DNA of 48,852 nucleotides, from NCBI GenBank assembly GCA_937896365.1, contig CALBMH010000046.1:1-48852 (forward strand), in the 5' to 3' direction. Positions within the stretch are counted from its first letter, which is position 1; every line of letters begins with the position of its first letter. The notes beneath the pieces are model-generated. The model was not told where the DNA came from and did no database searches. It saw only the letters and a list, made by a program, of their open reading frames with translations. The stretch is from an uncultured Alphaproteobacteria bacterium. GTDB taxonomy: Bacteria > Pseudomonadota > Alphaproteobacteria > Paracaedibacterales > JAKBAR01. The position numbers and the translations under genes were made by a program. Positions 22,110 to 33,112 of the stretch are shown here, piece after piece.

Positions 22110-22385
22110 ATGACGTCTATAAAACTGCCCGTCAATGCCGACCTAAATCAAGTCGCTGAGCTGAAAGAGCAACTGATCATTGCCTTACAAACGCAAGAAG
22201 CGTTAGAGTTTGATGCCGCGCACGTGGAAAACATGTCAACACCCCTCCTTCAGCTTTTGCTTGTTGTGCAGTCAGCCGCACAAAAAAATCACTTACCACT
22301 TTTTTTTAAAAAGCCATCACAAAGCTTTATGGGGGTCATAAAAAATTTTGGTTGTTTAGACTATTTTGAGGGGTCTCTAAAATGA
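22110..22385 (+). CDS. STAS-domain chemotaxis protein
   Basis: 91 aa with FDAAHVENMSTPLLQLLL STAS pattern; first gene of the che operon. Confidence 0.85.
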   Translation: MTSIKLPVNADLNQVAELKEQLIIALQTQEALEFDAAHVENMSTPLLQLLLVVQSAAQKNHLPLFFKKPSQSFMGVIKNFGCLDYFEGSLK

Positions 22386-22747
22386 CAAAACTCGTTCTTA
22401 CTGTTGATGACTCGCGGACTATACGTGAGATGGTCTGTTTTACATTGAAAAGTGCAGGTTTCGATGTCATTGAAGCCGAAGATGGTCAAAAAGCTTTAGA
22501 TGTCGTGTTGAGAAAAAAACCTGACCTTATTATCACAGATCTCAATATGCCGAATATGGATGGTCTGTCGTTGATTAGGAACTTGCGTGCTATGGATGAC
22601 TTTAGGACAGTGCCTATACTTATGCTCACAACAGAGCATGGGGATGATAAAAAGTCTCAAGGCCGCTCTGCTGGAGCTACAGGATGGATTGTCAAACCGT
22701 TTGATCCTGAAAAGCTCGTCCAAGTTATTGGGAAGGTATGCCCTTAA
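22382..22747 (+). CDS. cheY: Chemotaxis response regulator CheY
   Basis: VLTVDDS, ITDLNMPNMDG, LTTE, GATGWIVKPF. Confidence 0.95.
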   Translation: MTKLVLTVDDSRTIREMVCFTLKSAGFDVIEAEDGQKALDVVLRKKPDLIITDLNMPNMDGLSLIRNLRAMDDFRTVPILMLTTEHGDDKKSQGRSAGATGWIVKPFDPEKLVQVIGKVCP

Positions 22748-22760
22748 AAGGAAATGTACA

Positions 22761-24872
22761 GTGTCAGATATGGAACAATTTAGAACGGTCTTTTTTGAAG
22801 AATGTGCGGACCTTTTAGCAAGCGCGGAAAGTCATCTGTCTCGCCTTGGGGGGAATTCTTTTGACCCTGAAGATATTCACGCTATTTTTAGGGCTGTGCA
22901 CTCTGTTAAAGGGGGTGCCGGTAGTTTTGGGTTTAAAACGCTTGTCGAGTTTTCTCATATTTTTGAGACAGCCCTCGATACTTTACGCAATAATCATAAT
23001 CATCTTACGCAGAATTTTGTTGATCTTTTGCTTCGTGCAAATGATGTACTTAGTATTCTTGTCCAAAATGCAGAGAACAATAACAATGTTCCTCCTGAAT
23101 CAATGGCATCCATTAAAGAGCAACTCTTTGAACTTGTTGATTATGTGCAAAAAGGACAAATACCCTATGGATCTAGGGAAACGGAATCATACAAAGATGA
23201 TAAAGTGAACTCACTGCAGGCTTATACCATATATTTCGAGCCTGCTTTGGATCTGATGCGTTTTGGGAATGAGCCTTATCTTATTTTGCGAGAACTTAAA
23301 AAGCTTTCCTTCGAAGAAACGTATGCGTCACACGCCAATGTCAGTCGCCTTCCTTCTTTAGCCGACTACAACCCCGAAAACTGCTATCTTATGTGGGCGA
23401 TCAATTTGGAAACAGAAGCCTCCGAAGGCAGACTAAGAGAATGTTTTGAGTTTGTCGAGGATGATTGTACACTCGATATCCGATCTCTGTCCTCATCTAA
23501 CATACCTCAATCAAAGTCCTCCCTGCCGCAAGAAGGGGGGGTAAGCACACCTGAAGACGATCCATCGCCGCTTCCCTCCATTCCTTTAACGCAAACAACG
23601 CTCAAAGAAAAAAAACAGACACAAAGGACGGTTCCCTCTTCGTCACAGCAACAATCCAACAGCCAGAGCCAACCTCAGGGGCAAGTGGATCAAAATGTTC
23701 ATTCTATCCGTGTGGAGCTCGACCGCATCGATCGTCTCGTGAATACAGTGGGGGAAATGGTTATTAAGCAAGCGATGCTTTTAGATGCTGCACAAGCTCT
23801 TAAAAGCCAAGCCATAGAGGGTATCTATGACAATTTAACAAAAGGGCTTGAAGAACTGACGCAACACACACGTGAACTCCAAGAAAGTGTTATGGCCATA
23901 CGTGCCCAACCTGTTAAAGCAGTTTTTTCACGTATGCCAAGGCTTATCCGTGAGCTTGCAATACAGCTCGCAAAAGAAGTGCGGATCGATATGTCTGGTG
24001 AGAATACCGAAATTGATAAAACGGTTATTGAGCGCCTTGGAGAACCTCTGACGCACATGATCCGTAATGCCGTGGATCATGGTATTGAATCGCCTGAAGA
24101 GCGACTCCAAAACGGCAAACCTGCTTTCGGTACGATCCAGTTGAGTGCAGAACATAAAAGTGGGCGTATCGTTATTCAGATTGTTGATGATGGACGAGGC
24201 ATTAACCGGGAAAAAGTCCTTAAGAAAGCGAAGACCCAAGGCATTCTTCCAGAAGATGTAACGCCTACGGGAGAAGAGATTGATCAACTGATTTTTCATC
24301 CGGGGTTTTCAACAGCTTCCTCAGTCACAAACATCTCTGGGCGAGGTGTGGGAATGGATGTTGTGAAAAAATCCATACAAGCCCTCGGCGGTCGCATTTC
24401 TATACAATCCATCGAAGGGCAAGGGTGCACCTTTAGTTTGCTTCTTCCTTTGACACTTGCGGTTCTTGATGGAATGATTGTGACCGTGGGTGATGAATGT
24501 TATGTCATCCCTCTTATTCATATTCTTGAAACACTTCGCCCTACGCCCCAGCAAGTCAGTAAGCTCGTTGGAGGTCTTAGCCTTCTCGATCTTCGTGAAA
24601 AGAATATCCCCCTTATTTATTTGCACGATATTTTTAATATTTCCAAAGCTATTCTCAATCCCACAGAGGGTATTGTTGTCGTTCTTGAAACAGAAGGAGG
24701 AGAACAAATGGGACTTGTGGTTGATGATATTGTTTCGCAGCAGCAAGTCGTTCTTAAAAGTTTGGAAGCTAACTATGATCCTATTCCAGGAATTTCTGCT
24801 GCCACAATTCTGGGGAACGGTCGTGTATCACTGATTTTAGATGTTAATATGTTACGTCGTATCAATCACTAA
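22761..24872 (+). CDS. cheA: Chemotaxis histidine kinase CheA
   Basis: Hpt IFRAVHSVKGGAG, SIRVELDRID, HMIRNAVDHGIE, DDGRG, GFSTA...SGRGVGMDVV, C-terminal CheW domain. GTG start with AAGGA RBS. Confidence 0.97.
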   Translation: MSDMEQFRTVFFEECADLLASAESHLSRLGGNSFDPEDIHAIFRAVHSVKGGAGSFGFKTLVEFSHIFETALDTLRNNHNHLTQNFVDLLLRANDVLSILVQNAENNNNVPPESMASIKEQLFELVDYVQKGQIPYGSRETESYKDDKVNSLQAYTIYFEPALDLMRFGNEPYLILRELKKLSFEETYASHANVSRLPSLADYNPENCYLMWAINLETEASEGRLRECFEFVEDDCTLDIRSLSSSNIPQSKSSLPQEGGVSTPEDDPSPLPSIPLTQTTLKEKKQTQRTVPSSSQQQSNSQSQPQGQVDQNVHSIRVELDRIDRLVNTVGEMVIKQAMLLDAAQALKSQAIEGIYDNLTKGLEELTQHTRELQESVMAIRAQPVKAVFSRMPRLIRELAIQLAKEVRIDMSGENTEIDKTVIERLGEPLTHMIRNAVDHGIESPEERLQNGKPAFGTIQLSAEHKSGRIVIQIVDDGRGINREKVLKKAKTQGILPEDVTPTGEEIDQLIFHPGFSTASSVTNISGRGVGMDVVKKSIQALGGRISIQSIEGQGCTFSLLLPLTLAVLDGMIVTVGDECYVIPLIHILETLRPTPQQVSKLVGGLSLLDLREKNIPLIYLHDIFNISKAILNPTEGIVVVLETEGGEQMGLVVDDIVSQQQVVLKSLEANYDPIPGISAATILGNGRVSLILDVNMLRRINH

Positions 24873-24889
24873 GGAGAGAGGAGACTCAA

Positions 24890-25450
24890 ATGGAAGCCCA
24901 TGCCCTTGAAACAACCTGTGCAGAGGAACAAAAAGTACGGCAACAATTTATTACATTTACTGTTCTTGGCAGGGAGTATGGTATTGATATTATGTCCATA
25001 CGTGAAATTAAAGGTTGGACAGAGACAACGACCCTCCCGAATTCTCCCTCCTATATGCGTGGCGTCATCAACTTGCGTGGCACGGTGGTTCCCATTATGG
25101 ATCTGCGAGCGCGTTTTAATATGGGGCAGACCGATGCGAGTAAGAATCATGTGGTAATGATCGTCAACGTGGGGGGTCGTTTAATGGGGGTCCTTGTTGA
25201 TTCCGTTTCAGATATTCTAACCATAAATCAAGATGACATACGCGCCGTTCCTGATGTGGAGGGAGCGAATCACACTGAGATCTTAAAAGGCCTTGTCAGT
25301 CTTGAAAACCGTATGGTCGCTCTTCTCACTCTTGAAAAATTATTTGACAAAAACTTGCAGTTTGATCCAGAGATCCCAACAATCGAGCCACCTGCAGACG
25401 CGACTGTATCTCACTCTTGCAATAATACGAAGGGAGACACGCATGTTTAA
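24890..25450 (+). CDS. cheW: Chemotaxis coupling protein CheW
   Basis: [36 protein letters not shown]. Confidence 0.96.
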   Translation: MEAHALETTCAEEQKVRQQFITFTVLGREYGIDIMSIREIKGWTETTTLPNSPSYMRGVINLRGTVVPIMDLRARFNMGQTDASKNHVVMIVNVGGRLMGVLVDSVSDILTINQDDIRAVPDVEGANHTEILKGLVSLENRMVALLTLEKLFDKNLQFDPEIPTIEPPADATVSHSCNNTKGDTHV

Positions 25451-28106
25451 TCCTTTGGTTGACCGCAATTTTTTCAAGCTCACACTGGCCAAAAGGCTTG
25501 TGTGCGCTTTTTCCATCATACTTTGTATTTTTGCCGGAAACTTCTTTTATAGCTTTATGAAGTTTAAAGGGCTTGAGAAAAATAATATGTACATAGAATC
25601 AACTATCCAACCGTTCCAAGATGCTGTCTTTGATCTTTATTCAGCATTGGTCGACTCAAGAGACCTTGTGACAAGCTTCATTTTTGAACGAGATCTCTCT
25701 TTTAAGGCAACGAATGAGAAAGTGTGGAGGGCCATTACGCAAACAACAGCAGAGGTAGAAAAGCACCTGGCAACCCTTAGGGACATTTCAGGAAATGACC
25801 ACACACAGAACTGGGGAACGGTAAAGAGCCATATGGCTCGCCTCAAACAGGCTGGAGATGCTTTTTGGAAAGGGTTTGAGGAAGGTCAATCCGACACTGA
25901 ATTGCACACCCTCAAGAAAAGCTACGATGCCGCAAATGCTCTTGTGTTTGATACGGTACATGGCAAAATCATTGCTAATGGAACAAGGGGTGATGGCCTT
26001 ATTTATTATATTGCAAACGACATCGAGGCGCTTATTAAAGACACAAAAGACGATATTGCCTCGCTTCGTTTTTCTTCAACCATGTCACTCATACTTAGTT
26101 TTCTCGCAAGTATTTTCATAGCTGCTATCACAATACGGAGTATTCGAACACCCATTCGTCATATGTGCGAGGCTATTGGTCGTTTGGCCTTGGGGGATAG
26201 TAAGCTTGTCGTTACAGAAAGTGCGCGTAGTGATGAAATTGGTGACATGGCCCGTGCCCTTGAGGTTATCCGAAGCAACGGTATTACAGCTGTTCAAGTC
26301 AGATCAGGGTTGGATGCTGTATCGAGTCCTATTATGATTTTAGATCTTCGGGGACACGTTTTTTATTGTAACCTTTCCCTTGTCAGTCTTTTCAGAAGAT
26401 ACAAATCGGCGTTTCAAGGTCAGGGGGTACAATTTAACTGTGAGGATCCTATTGGCCAGTCTCTCCATGATCTCAAGCGTTTTTTAGATCATCAGATAGA
26501 CTTTGAATCTCTTCAAAATTCTTTTAAAGCTCACCTCACTATGGAAGACATTGTCACGGGAGAGATCGTCTTTGAATTCGAAGCCACGCCTATTATGAAT
26601 GAGTTTGGTGAACGTCTTGGGACTGTCGTGGAATGGACCGACCTTACTGAAGAAATTACCGTGCAAAGGGAAGTAGACAACATCGTAACATCTGCAACAG
26701 AAGGTAACTTTGATCTGCGTGTCACTCTTGATAATAAACAGGGCTTTAGGGGAAGCCTTGGCAAAGGCATAAACAATCTTATGACAATGCTTTCAGCCAC
26801 TTTTGGTGATATTCGTTCAATTATCGAGCGTCTGTCGAAGGGGGATCTTGGGGCGCGCGTAACGCAAAACTATCAAGGTACATTCGAAGAGGTGAAAACG
26901 AATCTTAATATAATGGCTCAAACGCTGAACGATACCATGATTCGTGTTTCTGGTGCAGCGCGAGAAATTGGTATGGCTGTGCATGAGATTTCCCTAGGAT
27001 CCCAAGAACTTTCTTTACGGACAGAGCAGCAAGCGGGCAATCTTGAAGAAACAGCAGCATCCATGGAAGAACTCGCTGCTACAGTCAGACAGAACTCAGG
27101 CAATGCCCAGCAGGCAAATCAGTTTGCTTCTGATTCGAGTGCTATTGCAAAAATAGGGGGGTCGGTTGTCCAGGAGGCCATCGTGGCGATGGAGCGTATC
27201 GAGCAATCCTCTGGAAAGATTTCTGAGATTATCGCTGTAATTGACGAAATTGCGTTTCAAACGAATCTTCTTGCTTTAAATGCTGCTGTTGAAGCAGCGC
27301 GTGCAGGGGAGGCAGGGAAGGGATTTGCTGTTGTAGCCGATGAGGTCAGATCTCTTGCACAGCGCTCAGCGCAAGCATCAAAACAAATTAAATGTCTTAT
27401 CATCGATAGTAGTAAACAAGTTCAAGAGGGTGTGACACTTGTCCATGATACAGGGAAGAATTTAAAAGAAATCACAGAGGGTGCAAAGAGGGTTGCGGAT
27501 ATTATTGCTGAGATTGCCGCGGCTTCTTCGGATCAAACCGTTGGTATCGAGCAAATTAATACAGCTGTGAGTCACATGGATGAAATGACACAGAAGAATG
27601 CGGCTCTTGTTCAAGAAAGTAATGCGGCGACACAGTCTCTTCGCGATCAATCCGTACGCTTGCAAGAGCTTATGAGCTTTTTCCAACTACATAACGAAGC
27701 ATCCTTACAAAAAGAAAATCACAGTAGCTCCCATAGTATGATCACAGCTTCTTCTTCTCCTCCTCCTGGTGCTCTCGCCAAAGGGGTTGAGAGCCATAAC
27801 CTATCTAAGGAAAGTACTGGAAAAAATTATGGAAAAGAACCCTCTCCTTATAAAACAGAGACCACGCGCTTTGTAAAAACTCTTTCAAGTTCGAGCACTG
27901 AGAAAAAAAGAGAAAAACTTGTTGTGGGCAAGGCACTTACAAAGAAAAAAAATGACATAGAAAGGGTAGGTGACGCAAGAAAAGGAAGTCCGAGTAATCG
28001 TGCGGGCAGCGTAACAAAAAGAGGGGAAGATGAGAAGACTATCCATCCTCCTTATACACAAAACTCTTATCTTAAAGCTGGAAATACCGACTGGGCCGAG
28101 TTTTAA
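25443..28106 (+). CDS. Methyl-accepting chemotaxis protein (TM-periplasmic-TM-HAMP-PAS-HAMP-HAMP-MCP) with C-terminal pentapeptide
   Basis: [34 protein letters not shown] signalling tip, [13 protein letters not shown], terminal DWAEF. GGAG RBS before ATG 25443. Confidence 0.96.
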   Translation: MFNPLVDRNFFKLTLAKRLVCAFSIILCIFAGNFFYSFMKFKGLEKNNMYIESTIQPFQDAVFDLYSALVDSRDLVTSFIFERDLSFKATNEKVWRAITQTTAEVEKHLATLRDISGNDHTQNWGTVKSHMARLKQAGDAFWKGFEEGQSDTELHTLKKSYDAANALVFDTVHGKIIANGTRGDGLIYYIANDIEALIKDTKDDIASLRFSSTMSLILSFLASIFIAAITIRSIRTPIRHMCEAIGRLALGDSKLVVTESARSDEIGDMARALEVIRSNGITAVQVRSGLDAVSSPIMILDLRGHVFYCNLSLVSLFRRYKSAFQGQGVQFNCEDPIGQSLHDLKRFLDHQIDFESLQNSFKAHLTMEDIVTGEIVFEFEATPIMNEFGERLGTVVEWTDLTEEITVQREVDNIVTSATEGNFDLRVTLDNKQGFRGSLGKGINNLMTMLSATFGDIRSIIERLSKGDLGARVTQNYQGTFEEVKTNLNIMAQTLNDTMIRVSGAAREIGMAVHEISLGSQELSLRTEQQAGNLEETAASMEELAATVRQNSGNAQQANQFASDSSAIAKIGGSVVQEAIVAMERIEQSSGKISEIIAVIDEIAFQTNLLALNAAVEAARAGEAGKGFAVVADEVRSLAQRSAQASKQIKCLIIDSSKQVQEGVTLVHDTGKNLKEITEGAKRVADIIAEIAAASSDQTVGIEQINTAVSHMDEMTQKNAALVQESNAATQSLRDQSVRLQELMSFFQLHNEASLQKENHSSSHSMITASSSPPPGALAKGVESHNLSKESTGKNYGKEPSPYKTETTRFVKTLSSSSTEKKREKLVVGKALTKKKNDIERVGDARKGSPSNRAGSVTKRGEDEKTIHPPYTQNSYLKAGNTDWAEF

Positions 28107-28159
28107 GAAAAGAAACGGATAAGACAGAGAGCGTCAATGGCGAAAGTACAGATCTCAAA

Positions 28160-29029
28160 ATGACACAGCTTGACGGTGGCGAAGAAACGTTTGGCTCAAC
28201 GAAGGAATTTCCTTTTACAGATGCCGATTTTAAGGATATTAGCCAAAGAGTTATGGGGCTGACAGGTATTGTTCTTCGAGATGAAAAGAAAACGCTTGTC
28301 TACTCCAGGCTTGCTAAACGTCTAAGAGCACTTCAGCTCAGTTCCTTTTCGGACTATTGCAAGCTTCTTCAAAAGAGAGAGGGCACGTCGGAAATAAGTC
28401 TTCTTATTAACGCCATAACAACAAACCTCACGCGCTTTTTCAGGGAAGAACATCATTTTGAGCATATCAAAAACACTGTCCTTCCCGCGCTTGTGGAGCG
28501 TTATAAACAACAACCAACGTATGAAAACCGTCGCCTTCGTTTTTGGTCAGCAGGGTGCTCTTCCGGCGAAGAACCTTATTCTCTTGCCATGACAATTGCT
28601 GCCCATCTGCCTTCTGGTTTCGATGTAAAAATTCTTGCGACGGATATTGATACGAACATGTTACAAAAGGGGAGGGAGGCTCTCTATATTGATTCTTCTG
28701 GAATACCTGACCCATATTACAAAGCTTTTTGTATTCCCCTTCCCGGAGGAGGATTCAAGATCCAGCGCCCTGTATGCGATCTGATCACATTTAAGCAATT
28801 AAATCTCCTCGATGAATGGCCGATGAGTGGGCCGTTTCAAGCGATCTTCTGCCGTAATGTTGTCATCTATTTTAACAAAGGAACTCAAACCAAGATTTTT
28901 AATAAAATGGTCAATTTGATTGAACCTCACGGATGGCTTTATATAGGGCATTCTGAAAGCCTTTTTAAAATATGTGATCGTTTTGAGCTTAAGGGGCGAA
29001 CCATATACAGACAGGGTAGCCAAAGATGA
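28160..29029 (+). CDS. cheR: Chemotaxis methyltransferase CheR
   Basis: TTNLTRFFREEHHF, WSAGCSSGEEPYS, ATDID, IFCRNVVIYF. Confidence 0.97.
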   Translation: MTQLDGGEETFGSTKEFPFTDADFKDISQRVMGLTGIVLRDEKKTLVYSRLAKRLRALQLSSFSDYCKLLQKREGTSEISLLINAITTNLTRFFREEHHFEHIKNTVLPALVERYKQQPTYENRRLRFWSAGCSSGEEPYSLAMTIAAHLPSGFDVKILATDIDTNMLQKGREALYIDSSGIPDPYYKAFCIPLPGGGFKIQRPVCDLITFKQLNLLDEWPMSGPFQAIFCRNVVIYFNKGTQTKIFNKMVNLIEPHGWLYIGHSESLFKICDRFELKGRTIYRQGSQR

Positions 29030-29613
29030 TGCGTTCATCCCAAAAAAAAAGTTTTTTCGATCCTAAGTTTAAGACACAATGCGTTAACATCTTGCCTGGG
29101 GAGTTTTACACAACACGTTCTGATGAAATGATTATGACTATTCTTGGCTCCTGTATTGCTGCATGTGTTCGAGATGTCAAACTCGGTTTAGGGGGGCTCA
29201 ATCACTTTCTTCTTGCCGAACCGCACAGTGACCTTTCCTCTCCAAGCACGCGCTATGGATCTTATGCCATGGAGTGCCTTATTAATGATATTTTGCGTCA
29301 AGGAGGGCAACGAGAGAATCTAGAAGTCAAAATCTTTGGCGGATCTGACTTGATGAATAGCAGCATTAAAATTGGTCAAAAAAACAGTGATTTTATAAAA
29401 AAATATTTACACAACGAAGGTCTCAAAATTGCTGCAGAAGATCTTGGAGGTCTACGTCCGCGACGTATTCATTTTTGGCCTCAGACAGGACGTGTTGTAC
29501 GCCTTGTTCTCCAACCCAGTGAACAACAAAATCTTATGGATACAGAGAAAAAATACACGTCCACCATTAAAAAGAAAGAAGAAAGTCATGGAGACATCGA
29601 ACTCTTTACATAA
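29026..29613 (+). CDS. cheD: Chemoreceptor glutamine deamidase CheD
   Basis: TILGSCIAAC, GGLNHFLL, RYGSYAME, KIFGG, EDLGG. Confidence 0.95.
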   Translation: MMRSSQKKSFFDPKFKTQCVNILPGEFYTTRSDEMIMTILGSCIAACVRDVKLGLGGLNHFLLAEPHSDLSSPSTRYGSYAMECLINDILRQGGQRENLEVKIFGGSDLMNSSIKIGQKNSDFIKKYLHNEGLKIAAEDLGGLRPRRIHFWPQTGRVVRLVLQPSEQQNLMDTEKKYTSTIKKKEESHGDIELFT

Positions 29614-30652
29614 TTTTCAAAAGGTGCGTGTTCTCATCGTTGATGATTCGGTTTTGATGCGCCAAATGATTTCCAATATTCTATCAAGAGACCCAGACAT
29701 TGATGTGGTTGGAGTGGCATGTGATCCTTTTATAGCAAGGGAGCTCATCAAATCTCTTAACCCTGATGTCGTCACACTCGACATCAATATGCCCAAAATG
29801 GATGGTCTTTCTTTTCTTGGAAAGATTATGACGTTGCGTCCCATGCCTGTCGTAATGGTATCGACACTGACGGAAAAAGGCGCAAAAGAAACGCTGCAAG
29901 CCCTTGAAATTGGTGCTGTTGACTATGTTACAAAACCCTCAAGCAATGTGAAGGAAAATTTTGAAAAAATAGCTCATAATCTGTGTTTAAAAGTGAAAAC
30001 AGCGGCTAAAGCACGTATCAAAAATCGTCTTGCAGCAAAAATTAACAATCCCGATCTTGTGATAGAGGGGAACACACTGCCGCAACTAGTCGGGATAGGC
30101 TCGTCAACAGGGGGGGTTGAGGCTCTCACGGAGGTTTTTTTGTCGCTCCCTTCCTCCTGTCCTCCCGTCGTTGTCGTTCAGCATATGCCTGCCGGCTTCA
30201 CAGCAAGCTTTGCAGCGCGCCTGAATAAACAGTGCAATCCGACCATTCAAGAAGTCAAACAGGATATGCCTATTGATAAAGGTAACGTTTACATTGCTCC
30301 GGGGGATAAGCATTTTTGCATAAAACACAGGGGGCATAGCTTTATAGCCGAGCTTCACGATGGCGAGACTGTAAACAGTCATAAACCTTCCGTTGATGTA
30401 CTTTTCTCTTCCATTGCGAAGCTCACGCTTTCAAACGTTTGTGGAATTCTTTTGACAGGTATGGGACGTGATGGTGCTGAAGGTCTTCTTCAGATGCGTC
30501 ATAGTGGCGCCAAGACCTTTGGCCAAAATGAGGAAACCTGCCTTATTTATGGTATGCCGCGTGTTGCAAAAGAGATAGGGGCTGTCCAAAAAGAAATTCC
30601 GCTAAAGAAGGTCGCCTCCGTTATTATGGGACACATATCTGCCACTGTTTAG
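29588..30652 (+). CDS. cheB: Chemotaxis methylesterase CheB (REC plus esterase)
   Basis: VLIVDDS, GSSTGG, QHMP, HKPSVDVLF, LTGMGRDGA. ATG 29588. Confidence 0.97.
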   Translation: METSNSLHNFQKVRVLIVDDSVLMRQMISNILSRDPDIDVVGVACDPFIARELIKSLNPDVVTLDINMPKMDGLSFLGKIMTLRPMPVVMVSTLTEKGAKETLQALEIGAVDYVTKPSSNVKENFEKIAHNLCLKVKTAAKARIKNRLAAKINNPDLVIEGNTLPQLVGIGSSTGGVEALTEVFLSLPSSCPPVVVVQHMPAGFTASFAARLNKQCNPTIQEVKQDMPIDKGNVYIAPGDKHFCIKHRGHSFIAELHDGETVNSHKPSVDVLFSSIAKLTLSNVCGILLTGMGRDGAEGLLQMRHSGAKTFGQNEETCLIYGMPRVAKEIGAVQKEIPLKKVASVIMGHISATV

Positions 30653-30718
30653 AATCCCATCCCCATTGATATGTCTCCGCTCAAAGCTCTCCCGTAAGAT
30701 TATATGGGAAGGTAACAT

Positions 30719-30946
30719 TTATACGCCCTCAATCTCAAACGGTTTTGTGATTGCTTTGTCGTTTGAGATCATAACTTCTTCAATTTTAAGCTGAGCTGTG
30801 CGCAATTGTTGGTCGCAAAACTTCTTAAGACGAATACCGCGCTCATAAGCCTTCACTGATTCATCGAGGGGCATATTCCCCTCTTCGAGTTTGCGCACGA
30901 TTGTTTCCAACGTTTGCAGAGCTTGTTCAAAACTCATGTCTTCCAT
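30719..30946 (-). CDS. xseB: Exodeoxyribonuclease VII small subunit
   Basis: MSFEQALQTLETIVRKLEEGNMPLDESVKAYERG. Confidence 0.95.
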   Translation of the reverse strand: MEDMSFEQALQTLETIVRKLEEGNMPLDESVKAYERGIRLKKFCDQQLRTAQLKIEEVMISNDKAITKPFEIEGV

Positions 30947-31036
30947 ACAGATACCTTCTTAAAACAGATTTTATCTTGACCCAAGTCTATCATTCTCTTT
31001 GTAGAATACCAGACTCATTAATAAGGCTGAGCCCTC

Positions 31037-32764
31037 TCAAGAGCGAATTTTATTTCGAAAAAGATGAATAGACTCTTCAAGGGTTTTTGAAAAACGTTTC
31101 CTTTGAATCTTTTCAGCTAATTCGAGGAGTGTGGTATGGAGGGATGTATCATCGCTCCATACATAATGATGCAACCAAAAGGCAAGATGAACATAGTTTG
31201 GTCCACCATAGGTGATAAGGTTCGTTGCATCATTTGGGATTTTAGGAAGGCCTAATCGCACAGGCAAGGAATATTTAAAATCGTAAGAAAAGAAAACACC
31301 TGTGCTATAAAAACCATAGCTTGTGTAGCCAAGAGAAAGGCTGACTAAAAAGAAAAAAACAGCAATAATCTTTTGCAAAAAGTACCGTTGAAATGGAAAA
31401 CGCGATTTAAAGGAAAAGATTTTTTGATCGCAGGCAGCGTACCCTGAAAACATTATAAAAAACGTTGGGAGCATGATAAACCAGCAAGATGCCGCGCTCA
31501 GTGAGAGGATCACAGCAAGCGTGAGAGGAAAAGAAACGAACTTCCTGCTCCTTGTCAAAAGGGGAGAAATTAGAAAAAGAAAATAAAGGACTCCTCCCAA
31601 AATCCCTGTGCCATGGAACATGTCCACCGCTTGGTTCATGGCCGAGCTATCAAAGCGTCCGAATCCTTCCCATCCTTGCTGCCCTTTTTGATAAAGAAAA
31701 GGAGCATTGCGAAGAATCGCATCGCTCATTTGACCAAATCCAAAACCAGTAAGCAGGCGCCACCACGGGGCATGGAGAAAATCTTGGTAAATGACCTCAA
31801 GAGACGTATAACGTGAGGCAAGGCTTTCACAGAGGTGGAACGTGCTAGCAACGCCAATCGCTGTGAGGATAAGGACGGGCACAAGACAGGCAAGAAATAA
31901 AAACCTTTTGGGCGAAAGGCAACCAGAAAAGAGGAGCAGCGGGCTGAGACAAAGTGCTAAGTAAGCTATTTTACTTCGTGTTAAAAGGATAAGGACGATA
32001 GAGAGAGCGATAAGAAAATGGCGGTAGGTCTTTTTTATTGAGCCGGCAGCAATAAGAAGCAGACAAACAGCTGGACCTATGAGATAGGCTGTAAAGTGGT
32101 AAATGATCCAAGGACTATCGACTTTCCCAAAATAATATGGATGACAGAAAAGTGTTAAGATAGCCAAAGTCATACTGGCGCCTATGAGCGAAAAATCGAA
32201 AGCGCTTTTGAATGCGTGGTTGTTGGATGCCCGGTTTGACTTTTTGTGAGATGCTTGGTTGTACTGGAGGAGGGACACGAAAACAAAGCACGAGAGTATA
32301 AACCAAATGCCAACGGCTCCTTCAGGGTGACCAAACCAGGAAAGCTCTGGTAGGCTTGAAAAGGGCAACATGATAAGCGCTAAAAGTGCCAGCAATCCGA
32401 AAAGGATCTGTAAAAATGACACGTCGATCGTTAAAAAGGCCTTTAGGTCCTCTCGTGAGTATCCTCCTAAGGAGGGTGCCTCTGGGGATATTCTTAAGGA
32501 TTCTTTAAAGGAGCCTGTTAGAGTGATCCAACATAGACCAAAGGCTCCTAAACAAGAAAGCGAGGAAAGAGCAAATGCTACACCTTCCGTATTCATCCAA
32601 ATGCCGAAATGAAGAAACGGAAGGGAGAAGAGATAAACCCAGGGGAGGATAAGGCATATCCCCCATAAACCTTCTAACAAGGTGCTAGGGCTTCCTTTAT
32701 CTCTTGTGTCATTGAAAGAGAAAGAGCGTAAGATGGCTCTCTTCTCCTCAAAACCCTGAATCAT
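31037..32764 (-). CDS. Polytopic membrane protein, O-antigen ligase / Wzy_C-like
   Basis: About 12 TM segments, TRSK motif, periplasmic loop SR...P...LLTGFGFG...SAMNQAVD...GILG resembling the Wzy_C HN...G..G motif. Confidence 0.6.
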   Translation of the reverse strand: MIQGFEEKRAILRSFSFNDTRDKGSPSTLLEGLWGICLILPWVYLFSLPFLHFGIWMNTEGVAFALSSLSCLGAFGLCWITLTGSFKESLRISPEAPSLGGYSREDLKAFLTIDVSFLQILFGLLALLALIMLPFSSLPELSWFGHPEGAVGIWFILSCFVFVSLLQYNQASHKKSNRASNNHAFKSAFDFSLIGASMTLAILTLFCHPYYFGKVDSPWIIYHFTAYLIGPAVCLLLIAAGSIKKTYRHFLIALSIVLILLTRSKIAYLALCLSPLLLFSGCLSPKRFLFLACLVPVLILTAIGVASTFHLCESLASRYTSLEVIYQDFLHAPWWRLLTGFGFGQMSDAILRNAPFLYQKGQQGWEGFGRFDSSAMNQAVDMFHGTGILGGVLYFLFLISPLLTRSRKFVSFPLTLAVILSLSAASCWFIMLPTFFIMFSGYAACDQKIFSFKSRFPFQRYFLQKIIAVFFFLVSLSLGYTSYGFYSTGVFFSYDFKYSLPVRLGLPKIPNDATNLITYGGPNYVHLAFWLHHYVWSDDTSLHTTLLELAEKIQRKRFSKTLEESIHLFRNKIRS

Positions 32765-32779
32765 GTTTTCTTACGAAGA

Positions 32780-33004
32780 CTACTTATCGTTGAATTGGAT
32801 CTGAACGTCGGCAAAAGGTTTGGGTCCTTTGTCATTGTCTTTATACCCTCCATGAGCCTGTTTCTCCAGATTTTTAATCATAGAAGGATGAACGTGGGTA
32901 TGAGTATGAGTATGAACATCAGATGACAGGACTTGAGTTGCTGAATTCTTCCAAACCAGAAGGCCCACTGCCACCAAAAAGCTTAAAAACATGAATTTTT
33001 TCAT
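32780..33004 (-). CDS. Small exported or membrane-anchored protein with His-Thr repeat
   Basis: MKK plus hydrophobic stretch, then HTHTHTHVH. AAGG RBS; co-oriented 15 nt upstream of the ligase-like gene. Confidence 0.65.
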   Translation of the reverse strand: MKKFMFLSFLVAVGLLVWKNSATQVLSSDVHTHTHTHVHPSMIKNLEKQAHGGYKDNDKGPKPFADVQIQFNDK

Positions 33005-33031
33005 TATTACTTTACCTTTTTATATACGGGT

Positions 33032-33076
33032 TTAACCATTCTCTAGGCTAAAAGGAGAAGATGAAGAAAGAGTTAA
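33032..33076. promoter_or_regulatory. CtrA-like sites upstream of the small His-rich gene
   Basis: TTAACCAT half-site (33032-33039) and TGAA-N7-TTAA (33062-33076). Confidence 0.4.
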
Positions 33077-33112
33077 GATCAGAATGAAAGGATTTGTTGC
33101 CCTACTTAGCTT

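Noticed and set aside
22587-22760. Long N-terminal extensions of CheA, MCP (25293) and CheB (29429)
   Set aside because: They overlap upstream genes; downstream starts match the family N-termini.
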